DNA of 64,000 bases from Methanomassiliicoccales archaeon (GTDB lineage: Archaea > Thermoplasmatota > Thermoplasmata > Methanomassiliicoccales > UBA472), in NCBI GenBank assembly GCA_040768245.1, contig JAXGNA010000010.1, forward strand, positions 2,372 to 66,371. Direction: 5' to 3'. This document shows positions 9,093 through 18,232 of the stretch, piece after piece. Within the stretch, counting starts at the first letter, position 1. Each line of letters begins with the position of its first letter. The notes beneath the pieces are model-generated. The model was not told the DNA's origin and did not search any database. It saw only the letters and a program-made list of their open reading frames with translations. Both the position numbers and the translations under genes were made by a program.

Positions 9093-10199
9093 TCAGGGGA
9101 CGTGACAGAGCACCTTCTCATCGAAAACGTACTTCTTCCGCGGTCCTACGAGGTATACTGGCGACCTTCCGAAGAAGTCCATGCGATAGATGTCGTAAAG
9201 CATGAGCGAATAGAACTCCCTGGTCACTGCCTGTAGCCCATCACAACGGGCCAGGTCCTCTTCGGTCATCATGGCGATGCCGTTGGCCCGTTCCACCAGC
9301 CCCTCCAATATATCTATGCGGGAATTGAGCAGATGGTTGGCCATGCGCAGGCTCATCACGCTCTGGAAGCTGCGCATGATCCAGAACTGCTCCAGGAAGA
9401 TACCGATGAAGAACGCCAGGTCCCAGAGGCCATAGTCCCTCAGGGAGGTCAGCAGGGTGAGGAAGGTGAAACCCGGAAGCACCAGCGCCCCAATGAATAT
9501 GATGGCCACGGTGACCAGCACGGCCACCGCCGCCGATTTGACCACGAAGGAGGCGGTACGACCTTTCAGTTTGGCCGCGCCCATTCTCTTGGCCCAGGAA
9601 CGCGCTATCGCCGAAACGCCCTGGCTCTGGGGCTCCAGGAAATTGACCAGGGTGTAGAAGACGAAGATGAGCACCACCTGGAATATGATCAACCGGGCCA
9701 GGCCGGCCACGGCGGTGTAGTCGGTCAGCAGGAAGCCCACCAGAACGACCAATCCGGTCCCCAGTATCAAGGTGAAACCGATGGTCAGAGGAACCATCCT
9801 TCCCAAGAACAAGGTGATGATGATCTCCAGGGTCAGCTTGGGCTTCCCAAGCAATCTTCGGTAGGCCATCCTCCGCTGCAGCTTGGACTTCTTCTGCTTG
9901 ACGATGTTGCCGTTGTTCCGCACGCTCTTGCGAGTGGTCGGCAGGAGCAGGAAGATGAAGTTCCAGGAATAGAGCACCAGACTGGCGATGAACCAGCTCC
10001 AGAGGGCCTTGGGATACTGGAAGATGAGAACCCCGGTGAACGCCAGGAGCAGCAATGGGACGATGGTCCCGCGCCACTGCCTTTTCCTCTCCTTCTTGAC
10101 CATCTCCAGCAGGTCCTGTTGGCGGGCCAGTTCTGCACGCGCCTCCTCGGAGAAGGCCAGGACGCTGTCTTCAAAGGTCAGGACCGAAGGTTGTTCCAT
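9093..10199 (-). CDS. Uncharacterised polytopic membrane protein
   Basis: 368 aa, about 6-7 hydrophobic segments with basic loops; no family recognised. Confidence 0.75.
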   Translation of the reverse strand: MEQPSVLTFEDSVLAFSEEARAELARQQDLLEMVKKERKRQWRGTIVPLLLLAFTGVLIFQYPKALWSWFIASLVLYSWNFIFLLLPTTRKSVRNNGNIVKQKKSKLQRRMAYRRLLGKPKLTLEIIITLFLGRMVPLTIGFTLILGTGLVVLVGFLLTDYTAVAGLARLIIFQVVLIFVFYTLVNFLEPQSQGVSAIARSWAKRMGAAKLKGRTASFVVKSAAVAVLVTVAIIFIGALVLPGFTFLTLLTSLRDYGLWDLAFFIGIFLEQFWIMRSFQSVMSLRMANHLLNSRIDILEGLVERANGIAMMTEEDLARCDGLQAVTREFYSLMLYDIYRMDFFGRSPVYLVGPRKKYVFDEKVLCHVP

Positions 10200-10343
10200 G
10201 CTCCTTGGACAAGATGGCTGGCCCTTTTAAAAACATTCGCTCTCAGCCTAGATGAACTAGGAACGATCGTCCGAGGATGGAAAAGGATATCTAATCCGTG
10301 CTTGGATAGATGCCCGAGGTGTCCCTTGGGAAAGAAAGAGAAG

Positions 10344-10523
10344 ATGGCCTCCATGCTCCACCTGGTCGGCGGAAAGCCGGAGAACGTGGAGAAGATCGTG
10401 GACGAGATCGACATGTTCTTCGATACCCTGAACGCCGAGCTGGAGGACTGGAAGGTGTCCATGGAGGAATTCCCCGACGGCACTCGCATATACGCCCGCT
10501 TCCAGGTACTGGTCAAGAAGTAG
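10344..10523 (+). CDS. Small hypothetical protein (59 aa; alternative TTG start at 10326), paralog of 12034..12210
   Basis: MASMLHLVGGKPENVEKIVDEIDMFFDTLNAELEDWKVSMEEFPDGTRIYARFQVLVKK*. Appears only as the tail of the spurious ORF 9333..10523; native codon usage. Confidence 0.75.
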   Translation: MASMLHLVGGKPENVEKIVDEIDMFFDTLNAELEDWKVSMEEFPDGTRIYARFQVLVKK

Positions 10524-10532
10524 GTGCTGACA

Positions 10533-11225
10533 ATGCCTGATGAAGAGGAGGCGCCTCGTGAGAGGGTCCTGATGTGCGCGGCGGACTGGAAGGACCCCGA
10601 CTGCCGCACGGTGATCAGCGAGTTCCACAAGGAGGGCATAGACACCGAGATACTGGACGTGGACCAGGACCTGCGGGGTTTCGAGAACAAATGGGGTGAT
10701 CAGGGTCCGGCCAAGTTCTACAGCGAGTATCACAAGGAGGGCGCGCCGTACCTGGAGAAGGACGGCCTGAACGATTACGTTCCAACCGGCCCCATAGAAC
10801 GTACGGGGCGCTCGCCCAAGGACGCGGTGCTGGACCGCAAGCTCGACGTGGGAACGGTGGAGGTGATAACCTACGCCCTCTTCCGGGCCATATTCGGCTA
10901 CGGGGTGAACATACCCATCAAACGTCCTGGCGTGGTGGATATGGACGTCACCATCAAGGGCAAGGACATCAACATCAACACCAATGATTTCTATTTCAAC
11001 GTCCCCGACCTCATCGTCTGGAAGGTGGCGTACTCTCATCAGGGAACGCCGATCATGGAGTTCGGGCGGGGGGTGGACAAGGGCTTCAAGGTGCACCGGC
11101 TGAACGCGTTGAAGCTCTTCCTGGCCCTGCGGTCCAAGTCCAAGAAGGCCACCAAGGACCGCATGGCCGCACGGAAGGCGGCCGCCGAGGAGGCCGCCCG
11201 GGAGAAGGAGGCCAAGGCGCTATGA
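10533..11225 (+). CDS. Uncharacterised protein (230 aa)
   Basis: AGGTG RBS before ATG 10533; native codon usage; ATGA overlap with downstream kinase. Confidence 0.8.
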   Translation: MPDEEEAPRERVLMCAADWKDPDCRTVISEFHKEGIDTEILDVDQDLRGFENKWGDQGPAKFYSEYHKEGAPYLEKDGLNDYVPTGPIERTGRSPKDAVLDRKLDVGTVEVITYALFRAIFGYGVNIPIKRPGVVDMDVTIKGKDININTNDFYFNVPDLIVWKVAYSHQGTPIMEFGRGVDKGFKVHRLNALKLFLALRSKSKKATKDRMAARKAAAEEAAREKEAKAL

Positions 11226-12037
11226 GCCCGGTACGCGATGATCAGAAGGAGCACTTCCGGGACGTGCTGCGCTCCATCCACCTGATCATGGTCGAATCTT
11301 TCAAGCTGCGGCAGGTGAAGGTAACGCCCCTGGGATCGGAGGGTTCCCGGCTGTCGATACCGATAAGGATCGACGGCGTGGACAGGACCGGTTCCCCGGT
11401 GCGCTACTTCGCCAAGATACTGGGCGGAAGCGACATCATGACCGAGAAGACCATCCAGTTCTTCAAGAACGTATACCTGCAGATGGATGGCCGTCCCCCG
11501 CTCTTCAACTTCAACCGTTCCGCCAAGGACCTCGCCCTGCATCAGTACGAGACCATGGGCCAAGTGTACCGGCTGGGCATACCGACCGCCAAGCCACTGG
11601 GGACCTTCGCTCTGCCGGGGGGGATGTGGCTCTTCGTCGCCGAGTTCCTGGAGGCCGCGTCGTCCGCCACCAGGAAGGTCAGCGAGGCGCAGCTGGACAA
11701 GGCCTTCGAGCATCTCCGGCTGATGCATCGGAACGGCATCTATCACGGGGACATAAAGCCGGAGAACTTCCTGTTCGCCGACAAGGTCTACATCATGGAC
11801 GTAGGGAACTTCCTTAGGGACGCCCCGGAGAAGGAGAAGCTGTCTTACGACCTGGCCTGCATAATGGCCTCGTTCCTGGACCTGGCCGCCCCGGAGAAGC
11901 TGGTCAAGATAGCCAGGGGTCATTACGGGGCGCGGGACATGAAGCGGGCGGCTAGCTACCTAGAGCTGATCGACCGACGGCCGGACTTCAGGATGCCGCC
12001 AGAGAAGATGAAAAGATTGAAGGAGCTGCTGTCCTAG
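11222..12037 (+). CDS. Atypical protein-kinase-like enzyme (RIO/Bud32/Kdo-WaaP superfamily)
   Basis: YFAKI (VAIK-type Lys), GIPTAKP, HRNGIYHGDIKPENFL catalytic loop, IMDVG (DFG variant). Confidence 0.85.
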   Translation: MSPVRDDQKEHFRDVLRSIHLIMVESFKLRQVKVTPLGSEGSRLSIPIRIDGVDRTGSPVRYFAKILGGSDIMTEKTIQFFKNVYLQMDGRPPLFNFNRSAKDLALHQYETMGQVYRLGIPTAKPLGTFALPGGMWLFVAEFLEAASSATRKVSEAQLDKAFEHLRLMHRNGIYHGDIKPENFLFADKVYIMDVGNFLRDAPEKEKLSYDLACIMASFLDLAAPEKLVKIARGHYGARDMKRAASYLELIDRRPDFRMPPEKMKRLKELLS

Positions 12038-12210
12038 GCGGACTCCTTCTTTTTCAGCAGGGCCTTGGCCGCGAACTCCACGCGTATGCCCTCCTTGGTC
12101 TCCTCCACCGAGAACTTCCACTGCTCGATGTTGGCGTTGTAGTCCTTGAACAGCTTCTTCAGTTCCTGGCCTTTCTCGTTGAGAACCACCGTTACGTCCT
12201 TTTCGGGCAT
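12034..12210 (-). CDS. Small hypothetical protein (58 aa, absent from ORF track), paralog of 10344..10523
   Basis: MPEKDVTVVLNEKGQELKKLFKDYNANIEQWKFSVEETKEGIRVEFAAKALLKKKESA*. AGGTGG RBS upstream; strong native codon bias. Confidence 0.8.
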   Translation of the reverse strand: MPEKDVTVVLNEKGQELKKLFKDYNANIEQWKFSVEETKEGIRVEFAAKALLKKKESA

Positions 12211-12265
12211 GGTAAATCCACCTGTGGACGGAACTATGGCAGCCTGGAATAGATTAAGGTTTGGC

Positions 12266-13918
12266 TCAAGCCTCGGGCCATAGCTTGGCCGCCGTCTCCC
12301 TCAGCTTGACCTTCATGATCTTCCCGCTGGCGGTCATTGGGTATTCGTCTATGAAATGGACGTACTTAGGGATCTTGTAGAAGGCGATCTTACCCCGGCA
12401 GTGGTCCACGATGTCCTCGGCGGTGAGCTTCACGCCTGGCCGGAGGATCACGAAGGCCGCTGGCAGCTCCCCGTACTTCTCCGAGGGTACGCCGACCACC
12501 TGGACGTCGGCCACGCCCTCGATGTGATGGATGAAGTCCTCCACCTCCTTGGGGTAGATGTTCTCCCCGCCGCGAATGATCATGTCCTTCAACCGGCCGG
12601 TGACCGCGAAGTAGCCTTCCTCGTCCATCATCCCGATGTCGCCCGAGTGCAGCCAGCCGTCCCGGTCTATGGCCTTGGCGGTCTCCTCCGGCATTTTATA
12701 ATATCCCTTCATCACGTTGTGCCCGCGGCAGCACAGCTCGCCGTGCTTTCCCGGGCCCAGATGCTCCCCCGTCTCTGGGTCGATGACCGCCACCTCGATG
12801 CCCGGGAAGGCCTTTCCGACCGTGGAGCATTTCTTCTCCAGGCTCGGCTCGTCGAAACGGCTCTGGGTCATGGCCGGGCTGCTCTCGGTGAGGCCATAAA
12901 CTATGGTGACCTCTCTCATGTTCATGCGGGCGACGCACTCCTCCATGGTCTTTACCGGGCAAGGCGAACCGGCCATGATGCCTGTGCGCAGGGAGGAGAA
13001 GTCGAACTTGTCGAACAGCTTGTGGTCCAGGATGCCGATGAACATGGTCGGGACGCCGTAGACGGCGGTGCACCTCTCGCGTTCGATGGACATCATCACG
13101 TTTATGGGGTCATACCTCTCCAGGATGACCATGGTCGCTCCGTGGTTCAGGCAGGCCATGACCGCCAGCACGCAGCCGAAGCAGTGGAAGAGCGGGACCG
13201 GAATGCACACCCGGTCGGAGGTCGTGAAGTTCTCGTTCACCCCCACCCAGTAACCGTTGTTGGTGATGTTGAAATGGGTCAGCATGACCCCCTTCGGGAA
13301 GCCGGTGGTGCCGGAGGTGTACTGCATGTTCACCACGTCATGCGTGGAAAGCTCGCCCTGCCTCTGGTGATATTCGTCATCCCCCACCGCCACGCTCATC
13401 GCCAACAGCTCGTTCCAGGAGTACATGCCCCGGTGCTTCTCCGGACCCAGGAACAGCACCCGGCGAAGATGGGGATAGCGTTCCGAACGCAACCGGTCGC
13501 GGGGCTGGACCTTCAGTTCGGGTATCAGCTCGTACAGGGTGTTGACGTAATCCGTGTCCCGGTAGCCATCGATGACGAAGATGTTCTCGCAATCGGACTG
13601 CCTCAGCAGGTAATCGATCTCCGCCGAGCGGTAGTTGATGTTGATGGTGAGCAGTATGGCCCCGATACGAGCGGTGGCGAACTGCAAGGTGACCCAGTGT
13701 GGCACGTTGGTCGCCCACACCGCCACCTTGTCCCCCTTCCTCACCCCCAAGGCCATAAGCCCCTTGGCCGCCTTGTCCACGGTGTCCCGGAACTCCTTCC
13801 AGGTCTGGCGGTAATCGCGGTCCGCGTAGACCACCGCATCCTGGTCCGGTACGCGCTCGACCATCTCGTCAAGAAGCTGCCCGATGGTGGCCTCCCGGGT
13901 TATGTTCTCCCTCGGCAA
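12266..13918 (-). CDS. AMP-forming acyl-CoA synthetase
   Basis: YTSGTTGFPKG, YGLTE, GWLHSGD, GRLKDMIIRGGENIYP, SGKI.K. Confidence 0.93.
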   Translation of the reverse strand: MPRENITREATIGQLLDEMVERVPDQDAVVYADRDYRQTWKEFRDTVDKAAKGLMALGVRKGDKVAVWATNVPHWVTLQFATARIGAILLTININYRSAEIDYLLRQSDCENIFVIDGYRDTDYVNTLYELIPELKVQPRDRLRSERYPHLRRVLFLGPEKHRGMYSWNELLAMSVAVGDDEYHQRQGELSTHDVVNMQYTSGTTGFPKGVMLTHFNITNNGYWVGVNENFTTSDRVCIPVPLFHCFGCVLAVMACLNHGATMVILERYDPINVMMSIERERCTAVYGVPTMFIGILDHKLFDKFDFSSLRTGIMAGSPCPVKTMEECVARMNMREVTIVYGLTESSPAMTQSRFDEPSLEKKCSTVGKAFPGIEVAVIDPETGEHLGPGKHGELCCRGHNVMKGYYKMPEETAKAIDRDGWLHSGDIGMMDEEGYFAVTGRLKDMIIRGGENIYPKEVEDFIHHIEGVADVQVVGVPSEKYGELPAAFVILRPGVKLTAEDIVDHCRGKIAFYKIPKYVHFIDEYPMTASGKIMKVKLRETAAKLWPEA

Positions 13919-13927
13919 GAGCCCACC

Positions 13928-14491
13928 TCAGATCGGGGTGTAGATGACGGCGAATATCTCCGCCGGTTTTTCGTGAGCAGCGCCCAGGTGATGCGGGACC
14001 ACCGAGTTATAGTGCATGGAATCGCCCTCGCCCAGGAGGAACCTCTGCTTACCGTAGATAAGTTCCACCTCCCCCTTGACCACGATGACGAACTCCTCCC
14101 CCTCGTGCGAGGAGGTGCAGGTGTCGTCGCAAGGCTGCACGATTATGTAAAGGGGTTCCATGTGGCGGTCGGTCTTTCCCTTGGCCAGCGGATAATAGTG
14201 ATACTTGCCCACCGCGCCCTCCTTGTGGGCCGCGGTCTCCTCCGCCCGGTCCTTGCAGCGGGTGATGACCGGGTCCAGGCGGACCTGGTCGTCCATGAAG
14301 GTGCCGAGCCGCTGCCCGAGCGCCCTAGATAGCTTCACCAGCACTCCCAACGGTGGATAGGCCTCCCCCTCCTCGGCCTTCCGTATCAAGCTGGCCTCCA
14401 CGCCGGCGTTCTTGGCCAGGTCCTCCACGCTCATGTTCAATCTCTCACGATAGGTGCGTAAGCGGGTACCAAGTTTATCAGGAGTGGTCAA
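13928..14491 (-). CDS. XRE-family HTH regulator with cupin domain
   Basis: N-terminal HTH; HEGEEF and YNSVVPH cupin motifs; TTG start with GGAGG RBS. Confidence 0.9.
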   Translation of the reverse strand: MTTPDKLGTRLRTYRERLNMSVEDLAKNAGVEASLIRKAEEGEAYPPLGVLVKLSRALGQRLGTFMDDQVRLDPVITRCKDRAEETAAHKEGAVGKYHYYPLAKGKTDRHMEPLYIIVQPCDDTCTSSHEGEEFVIVVKGEVELIYGKQRFLLGEGDSMHYNSVVPHHLGAAHEKPAEIFAVIYTPI

Positions 14492-14631
14492 CAGGTCATC
14501 CTCCGGTCAGCCAGGCGTCAGGCCCAGGTCTGTAATGCAGTAACCTAAACCGCCGGACGTTTAAGAAACTTACTTATCATGGTCACTTGACCAATGGAAA
14601 TGGAAAAAATGAGCAGAGTGCCGGAGCACCC

Positions 14632-16029
14632 TCATAAATTGTTCTTCGCCCAATCGAAGGCCGCCCGGTACACCTTGCGGTTCCTCTCCGCCAGGGCCGG
14701 CTTCGCAGCGAAGCTGGCGTCAAGCGCCTGAAGGACCTGCTCCTCCGGAAGCCCGTGCAGTTCGAGCGCGGTCAGTGCGCCAAGGAGCGCGGTGTTGGCG
14801 GCCTTGGGCGTGCCTGATTCGGCGGCGATGCGGGAGGCGGGGAAGGACAGCACCCTCACTCCCTCCCTTGCTCTAGGCTCCGGTAAGGAGGCCTCGTAGA
14901 TCACCACCCCCCCGACCGGAACGGTCATGGCGAACTTCTCTGCCGCCTGTTGGCTCATGGCCACCAGGACGTCCGGGGCGTCCACCGTGGGCGATCCCAC
15001 CTCCTTGCCGCTGACCACCACCGAGCAGGATGCGTAGCCGCCCCTCTGCTCCGGTCCGTAACTGGGAAGCCAGGAGACGAATCGGCCGGAGGCCCCGGCG
15101 GCCTCGGCGACCACCAGTCCCAATGAGAGCACGCCCTGTCCCCCGAAGCCGGAGAACTTGAACCGGCGTTCCTTGAATCCCAGGTCGGCCTTGGCCGCGG
15201 GGCCCTCATGTCCCTCGCCGAGCAGCTCCTCCACGGTCATCTGGGGCACCGACTTCGCCACTGGCGCAGGTTCGGCGCTGCGGTCCCGGAAGTTGCCCAG
15301 CGGGAACACCTTCTCCATCTCCTCGTTGACGAACTGAGCGGACGTGACCGGGTCCATGCGCCAGTTGGTCGGGCAGGGGGAAAGGAACTCCACGAAGGCG
15401 TAGCCTTTCCCATCCCTCTGTATCTCCAGCGCCTTCCGCACGGCCTTCTTGGCCTGCATGATGTGCTTGGTGTCGGAAACGGAAACGCGTTCGATGAACA
15501 CCGGGGCGTCCAGTTGGTTCAGCACTTCGCACACCTTTAGCGGATAGCCTTCCTTGACCGGGTCGCGCCCGAAGGGCGTGGTGGTGGTTTTCTGACCAAG
15601 CATGGTGGTCGGGGCCATCTGCCCGCCGGTCATGGCGTATATCGAGTTGTTCACGAAGAAGCAGGCGAAGTGCTCCCCGCGGTTCGCGGCCTGGAAGGCG
15701 TTGTTGAACCCGATCGCTCCAAGATCTCCGTCTCCCTGATAGGATATGACGACCTTTCCCGGCAGGGCGCGCGCGATCCCGGTGGCCACGGCGGACGCAC
15801 GACCATGTGGTCCGGCCACGTTACCGCAGTCGAAGTAGTGGAAGCAGAAGGCGGCGCAGCCGACCGGGGATACGAAAACGGTGCGGTCCTGGATCTCCAG
15901 TTCGGCCATCGCTTCCCCGATGAGCTTGTGGATGATGCCGTGGCCACAGCCCGGGCAGTAATGCGTGGCCCGGGTGCCCGGTTCCTTGCGGTCGAAGGTG
16001 TCGTAGAAGCCCTTGGCCCTCTTTATCAT
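14632..16029 (-). CDS. vorA: 2-oxoacid (ketoisovalerate) ferredoxin oxidoreductase, fused beta/gamma subunit
   Basis: YCPGCGHG, GDGD TPP motif, YAMTGGQMAPTT, SPCPTNW, GFGGQG, PSYGPEQRGG. Start MIKRAK overlaps the vorB stop. Confidence 0.88.
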   Translation of the reverse strand: MIKRAKGFYDTFDRKEPGTRATHYCPGCGHGIIHKLIGEAMAELEIQDRTVFVSPVGCAAFCFHYFDCGNVAGPHGRASAVATGIARALPGKVVISYQGDGDLGAIGFNNAFQAANRGEHFACFFVNNSIYAMTGGQMAPTTMLGQKTTTTPFGRDPVKEGYPLKVCEVLNQLDAPVFIERVSVSDTKHIMQAKKAVRKALEIQRDGKGYAFVEFLSPCPTNWRMDPVTSAQFVNEEMEKVFPLGNFRDRSAEPAPVAKSVPQMTVEELLGEGHEGPAAKADLGFKERRFKFSGFGGQGVLSLGLVVAEAAGASGRFVSWLPSYGPEQRGGYASCSVVVSGKEVGSPTVDAPDVLVAMSQQAAEKFAMTVPVGGVVIYEASLPEPRAREGVRVLSFPASRIAAESGTPKAANTALLGALTALELHGLPEEQVLQALDASFAAKPALAERNRKVYRAAFDWAKNNL

Positions 16030-17081
16030 GTCCGCACCTCCAGCATTTTCCGGGCCTGAAGCACCACGTCCTCCACCTTCATCATGTTCCCGCCCATGCG
16101 GTTGATCAGTTCCAGGTCGCAATCCAGTTCGCGGTCCAGGTGCAGAAGCACATCGTCCCGGTACTGACCGTTGCTCAGTTCGATGACCAGCAGCTTGCCG
16201 GCCTTGGCCGCTTGGTTGAGCGCCCTGTACGGGAAAGGGAACAGGGTCAAGGGCCGGAACAGGCCGGCCTTTATTCCCTGGGACCTCAGCTCGTCCACCG
16301 CGGAACGGGCGACCCGGGAGCTGGTCCCGTAACCGGTGAGCACGATCTCGGCATCCTCGGTCAGGTACGATTCGGACAGGGCGTCTGCCTCCATCGAAGC
16401 GTACTTATCCTGCAGCATCCAGTTATGTCGCTCCTGGAGCTCGTTGTCCAGGTATATCGACGATACCAGGTTGCCCCGGGTGGCGGCGTCCCCCTGAGCG
16501 GCCCAGGAGGAGGTCTCCGGTCGGGACGATCCCCTATCCGGCAGTTGCAGGAACTCCATCATTTGACCGAGAACAGCATCCGCCAGCACGATGACCGGGT
16601 TGCGGTACTTGAAGGCCAACTCGAATGCCCTGATGGTCAGGTCGCACATCTCCTGGACGGAGGCAGGTGCCAGCACGATGTTGTGATAGTTCCCGTGCCC
16701 GCCGCCCTTGACAGCCTGATTGTAATCGCCCTGCTCCGGGCCGATGTTGCCCAGTCCAGGTCCCACTCGCTGAACGTTAACGATGACCGCCGGAAGCTGC
16801 GCCCCGGCGAGATATGACAGTCCTTCCTGCATGAGCGATATCCCGGGTCCGGAGGAGGCGGTCATGGTCAGCTTACCGGTCGAGGCCGCTCCGAACATCA
16901 TGTTGATGGCGGCCGTCTCGCATTCCGCCTGCAGATGCTCCCTCCCCAGCTGCGGAAAGTACTCGGCGACGGCGTGGGCGATATCGCTGGCCGGGGTGAT
17001 GGGATAACCGAAATAGGTGTCGCATCCCGCATAGACGGCGCCCATGGCCACTGCCTCGTTCCCCTTGACGAACTTTCTCAT
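16026..17081 (-). CDS. vorB: 2-oxoacid (ketoisovalerate) ferredoxin oxidoreductase, alpha-type subunit
   Basis: [36 protein letters not shown]. Confidence 0.9.
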   Translation of the reverse strand: MRKFVKGNEAVAMGAVYAGCDTYFGYPITPASDIAHAVAEYFPQLGREHLQAECETAAINMMFGAASTGKLTMTASSGPGISLMQEGLSYLAGAQLPAVIVNVQRVGPGLGNIGPEQGDYNQAVKGGGHGNYHNIVLAPASVQEMCDLTIRAFELAFKYRNPVIVLADAVLGQMMEFLQLPDRGSSRPETSSWAAQGDAATRGNLVSSIYLDNELQERHNWMLQDKYASMEADALSESYLTEDAEIVLTGYGTSSRVARSAVDELRSQGIKAGLFRPLTLFPFPYRALNQAAKAGKLLVIELSNGQYRDDVLLHLDRELDCDLELINRMGGNMMKVEDVVLQARKMLEVRT

Positions 17082-17314
17082 TGGGGTTCCCTCCCATCGT
17101 CCACCTGCAGCGCGTATGGTTCAGGACAGTTGTAGAAGCAGGTGGCGCAGCCGATACATCCCTGGCCGAGGTACTCGACGGCGTTGTAGCCGCGGCGGTT
17201 GACGCGGCCGGAGAGACGCAACACCTTCTTAGGACAGGCGGCCACGCAGCGGCCGCAGCCCTTGCACTCGCTCTCGTCGATGATGGGACGGGAAATCCTC
17301 CTCTCGGTGCTCAT
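17078..17314 (-). CDS. vorC: 2x[4Fe-4S] ferredoxin subunit
   Basis: [12 protein letters not shown] and [14 protein letters not shown]. Confidence 0.88.
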   Translation of the reverse strand: MSTERRISRPIIDESECKGCGRCVAACPKKVLRLSGRVNRRGYNAVEYLGQGCIGCATCFYNCPEPYALQVDDGREPQ

Positions 17315-17378
17315 CGCCTATCTGGATAGAGGGTCGATACTTAAAGTTACTTCCACCTGCTTCGTCGGCGCGCCTGGC

Positions 17379-18182
17379 TCAAGTACTCCCGTACCTCCGC
17401 ACATGCTCCCAGGCCTCATACAGCTGAGGGTCCTTTTCCGGACCGTCGTACAGTCCCATGTCCCCGCGCTTGAACAGCTTGCGGTCCTCCCCCACCGGGC
17501 AGACCTTGATGCATATGCCGCAGGGCGAACGATGTCTCTTCTTAAGTTCGATGCTCCGCCCGGAGCATCTGACCTTGTCTATGGATGCCTGGGGATAATC
17601 GACGTCACCGATGGCCTGCACCGGACAGGCCTTGATGCAACGGTGGCAACGGACGCAGAGGGACCTCTCCATGGGCTTCCCGGCCGGGATCTCCGCGGTG
17701 GTGAAGACGGATACGAAGCGCACCCTGGGCCCGAACTCCTTGGTCAGCAGCATGTTGTTGAGACCGAACGTTCCCAGCCCGGCGAGATAGGCAGCATGGC
17801 GGTGCGAGAAGAACGCGTACGGATTGTCGACCAGCACCTCCACCGAGCCGTAGCCGTCCCTTGGGACGTAGACCGAGGCATGGCCAAGACGGTTCAGGAG
17901 CTCCGAGAGCTGGTATGCCCTTTCGTCCAATTGGCTGTTGAGGTTCATATAGAGCTCCTTGTACCAGATGGAGGGGGACGTCTCAAGGATCGGCAGCGTC
18001 ACCGGGAGCCCGAGGACCACCACGGTCCGGCAGCCGGGGAATATGGCCTTGGGGCAGAACTCCCTTGGAGGGAACGGCTCCAACGGCGGATGCTCCCAGT
18101 CGTCCGCGGAGGCGAAACCGACCATCTCGATGCCCCATTCCCGACAGCGGTCCAAAATCTTCCGGCGCAGGTCAGCGCTCAT
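17379..18182 (-). CDS. Epoxyqueuosine reductase/reductive dehalogenase-like Fe-S (cobalamin) protein
   Basis: SHRHAAYLAGLG.FG.N, FGPRVR, CVRCHRCIKACP, CGICIKVCP. Probable start MSADLRRK; the longer ORF overlaps the upstream gene. Confidence 0.85.
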   Translation of the reverse strand: MSADLRRKILDRCREWGIEMVGFASADDWEHPPLEPFPPREFCPKAIFPGCRTVVVLGLPVTLPILETSPSIWYKELYMNLNSQLDERAYQLSELLNRLGHASVYVPRDGYGSVEVLVDNPYAFFSHRHAAYLAGLGTFGLNNMLLTKEFGPRVRFVSVFTTAEIPAGKPMERSLCVRCHRCIKACPVQAIGDVDYPQASIDKVRCSGRSIELKKRHRSPCGICIKVCPVGEDRKLFKRGDMGLYDGPEKDPQLYEAWEHVRRYGST

Positions 18183-18232
18183 ACTCGATGGAACGCCGTC
18201 CGCGATAGAAATAGCTGCGCTCGCCAGCCCCA

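Noticed and set aside
10521-10535. In-frame TAG between the 59-aa protein and the 230-aa protein, suggesting pyrrolysine read-through fusion
   Set aside because: TAGGTG doubles as the RBS for ATG 10533, the same arrangement occurs out of frame at 7313, and the stand-alone paralog at 12034..12210 ends at about the same position.
12356-14332. Long antisense ORFs (658 aa here; also 32983..34797, 41364..42731, 42933..44288, 46607..47824 and others)
   Set aside because: They are shadows of well-supported genes caused by high GC3, and carry no recognisable motifs.
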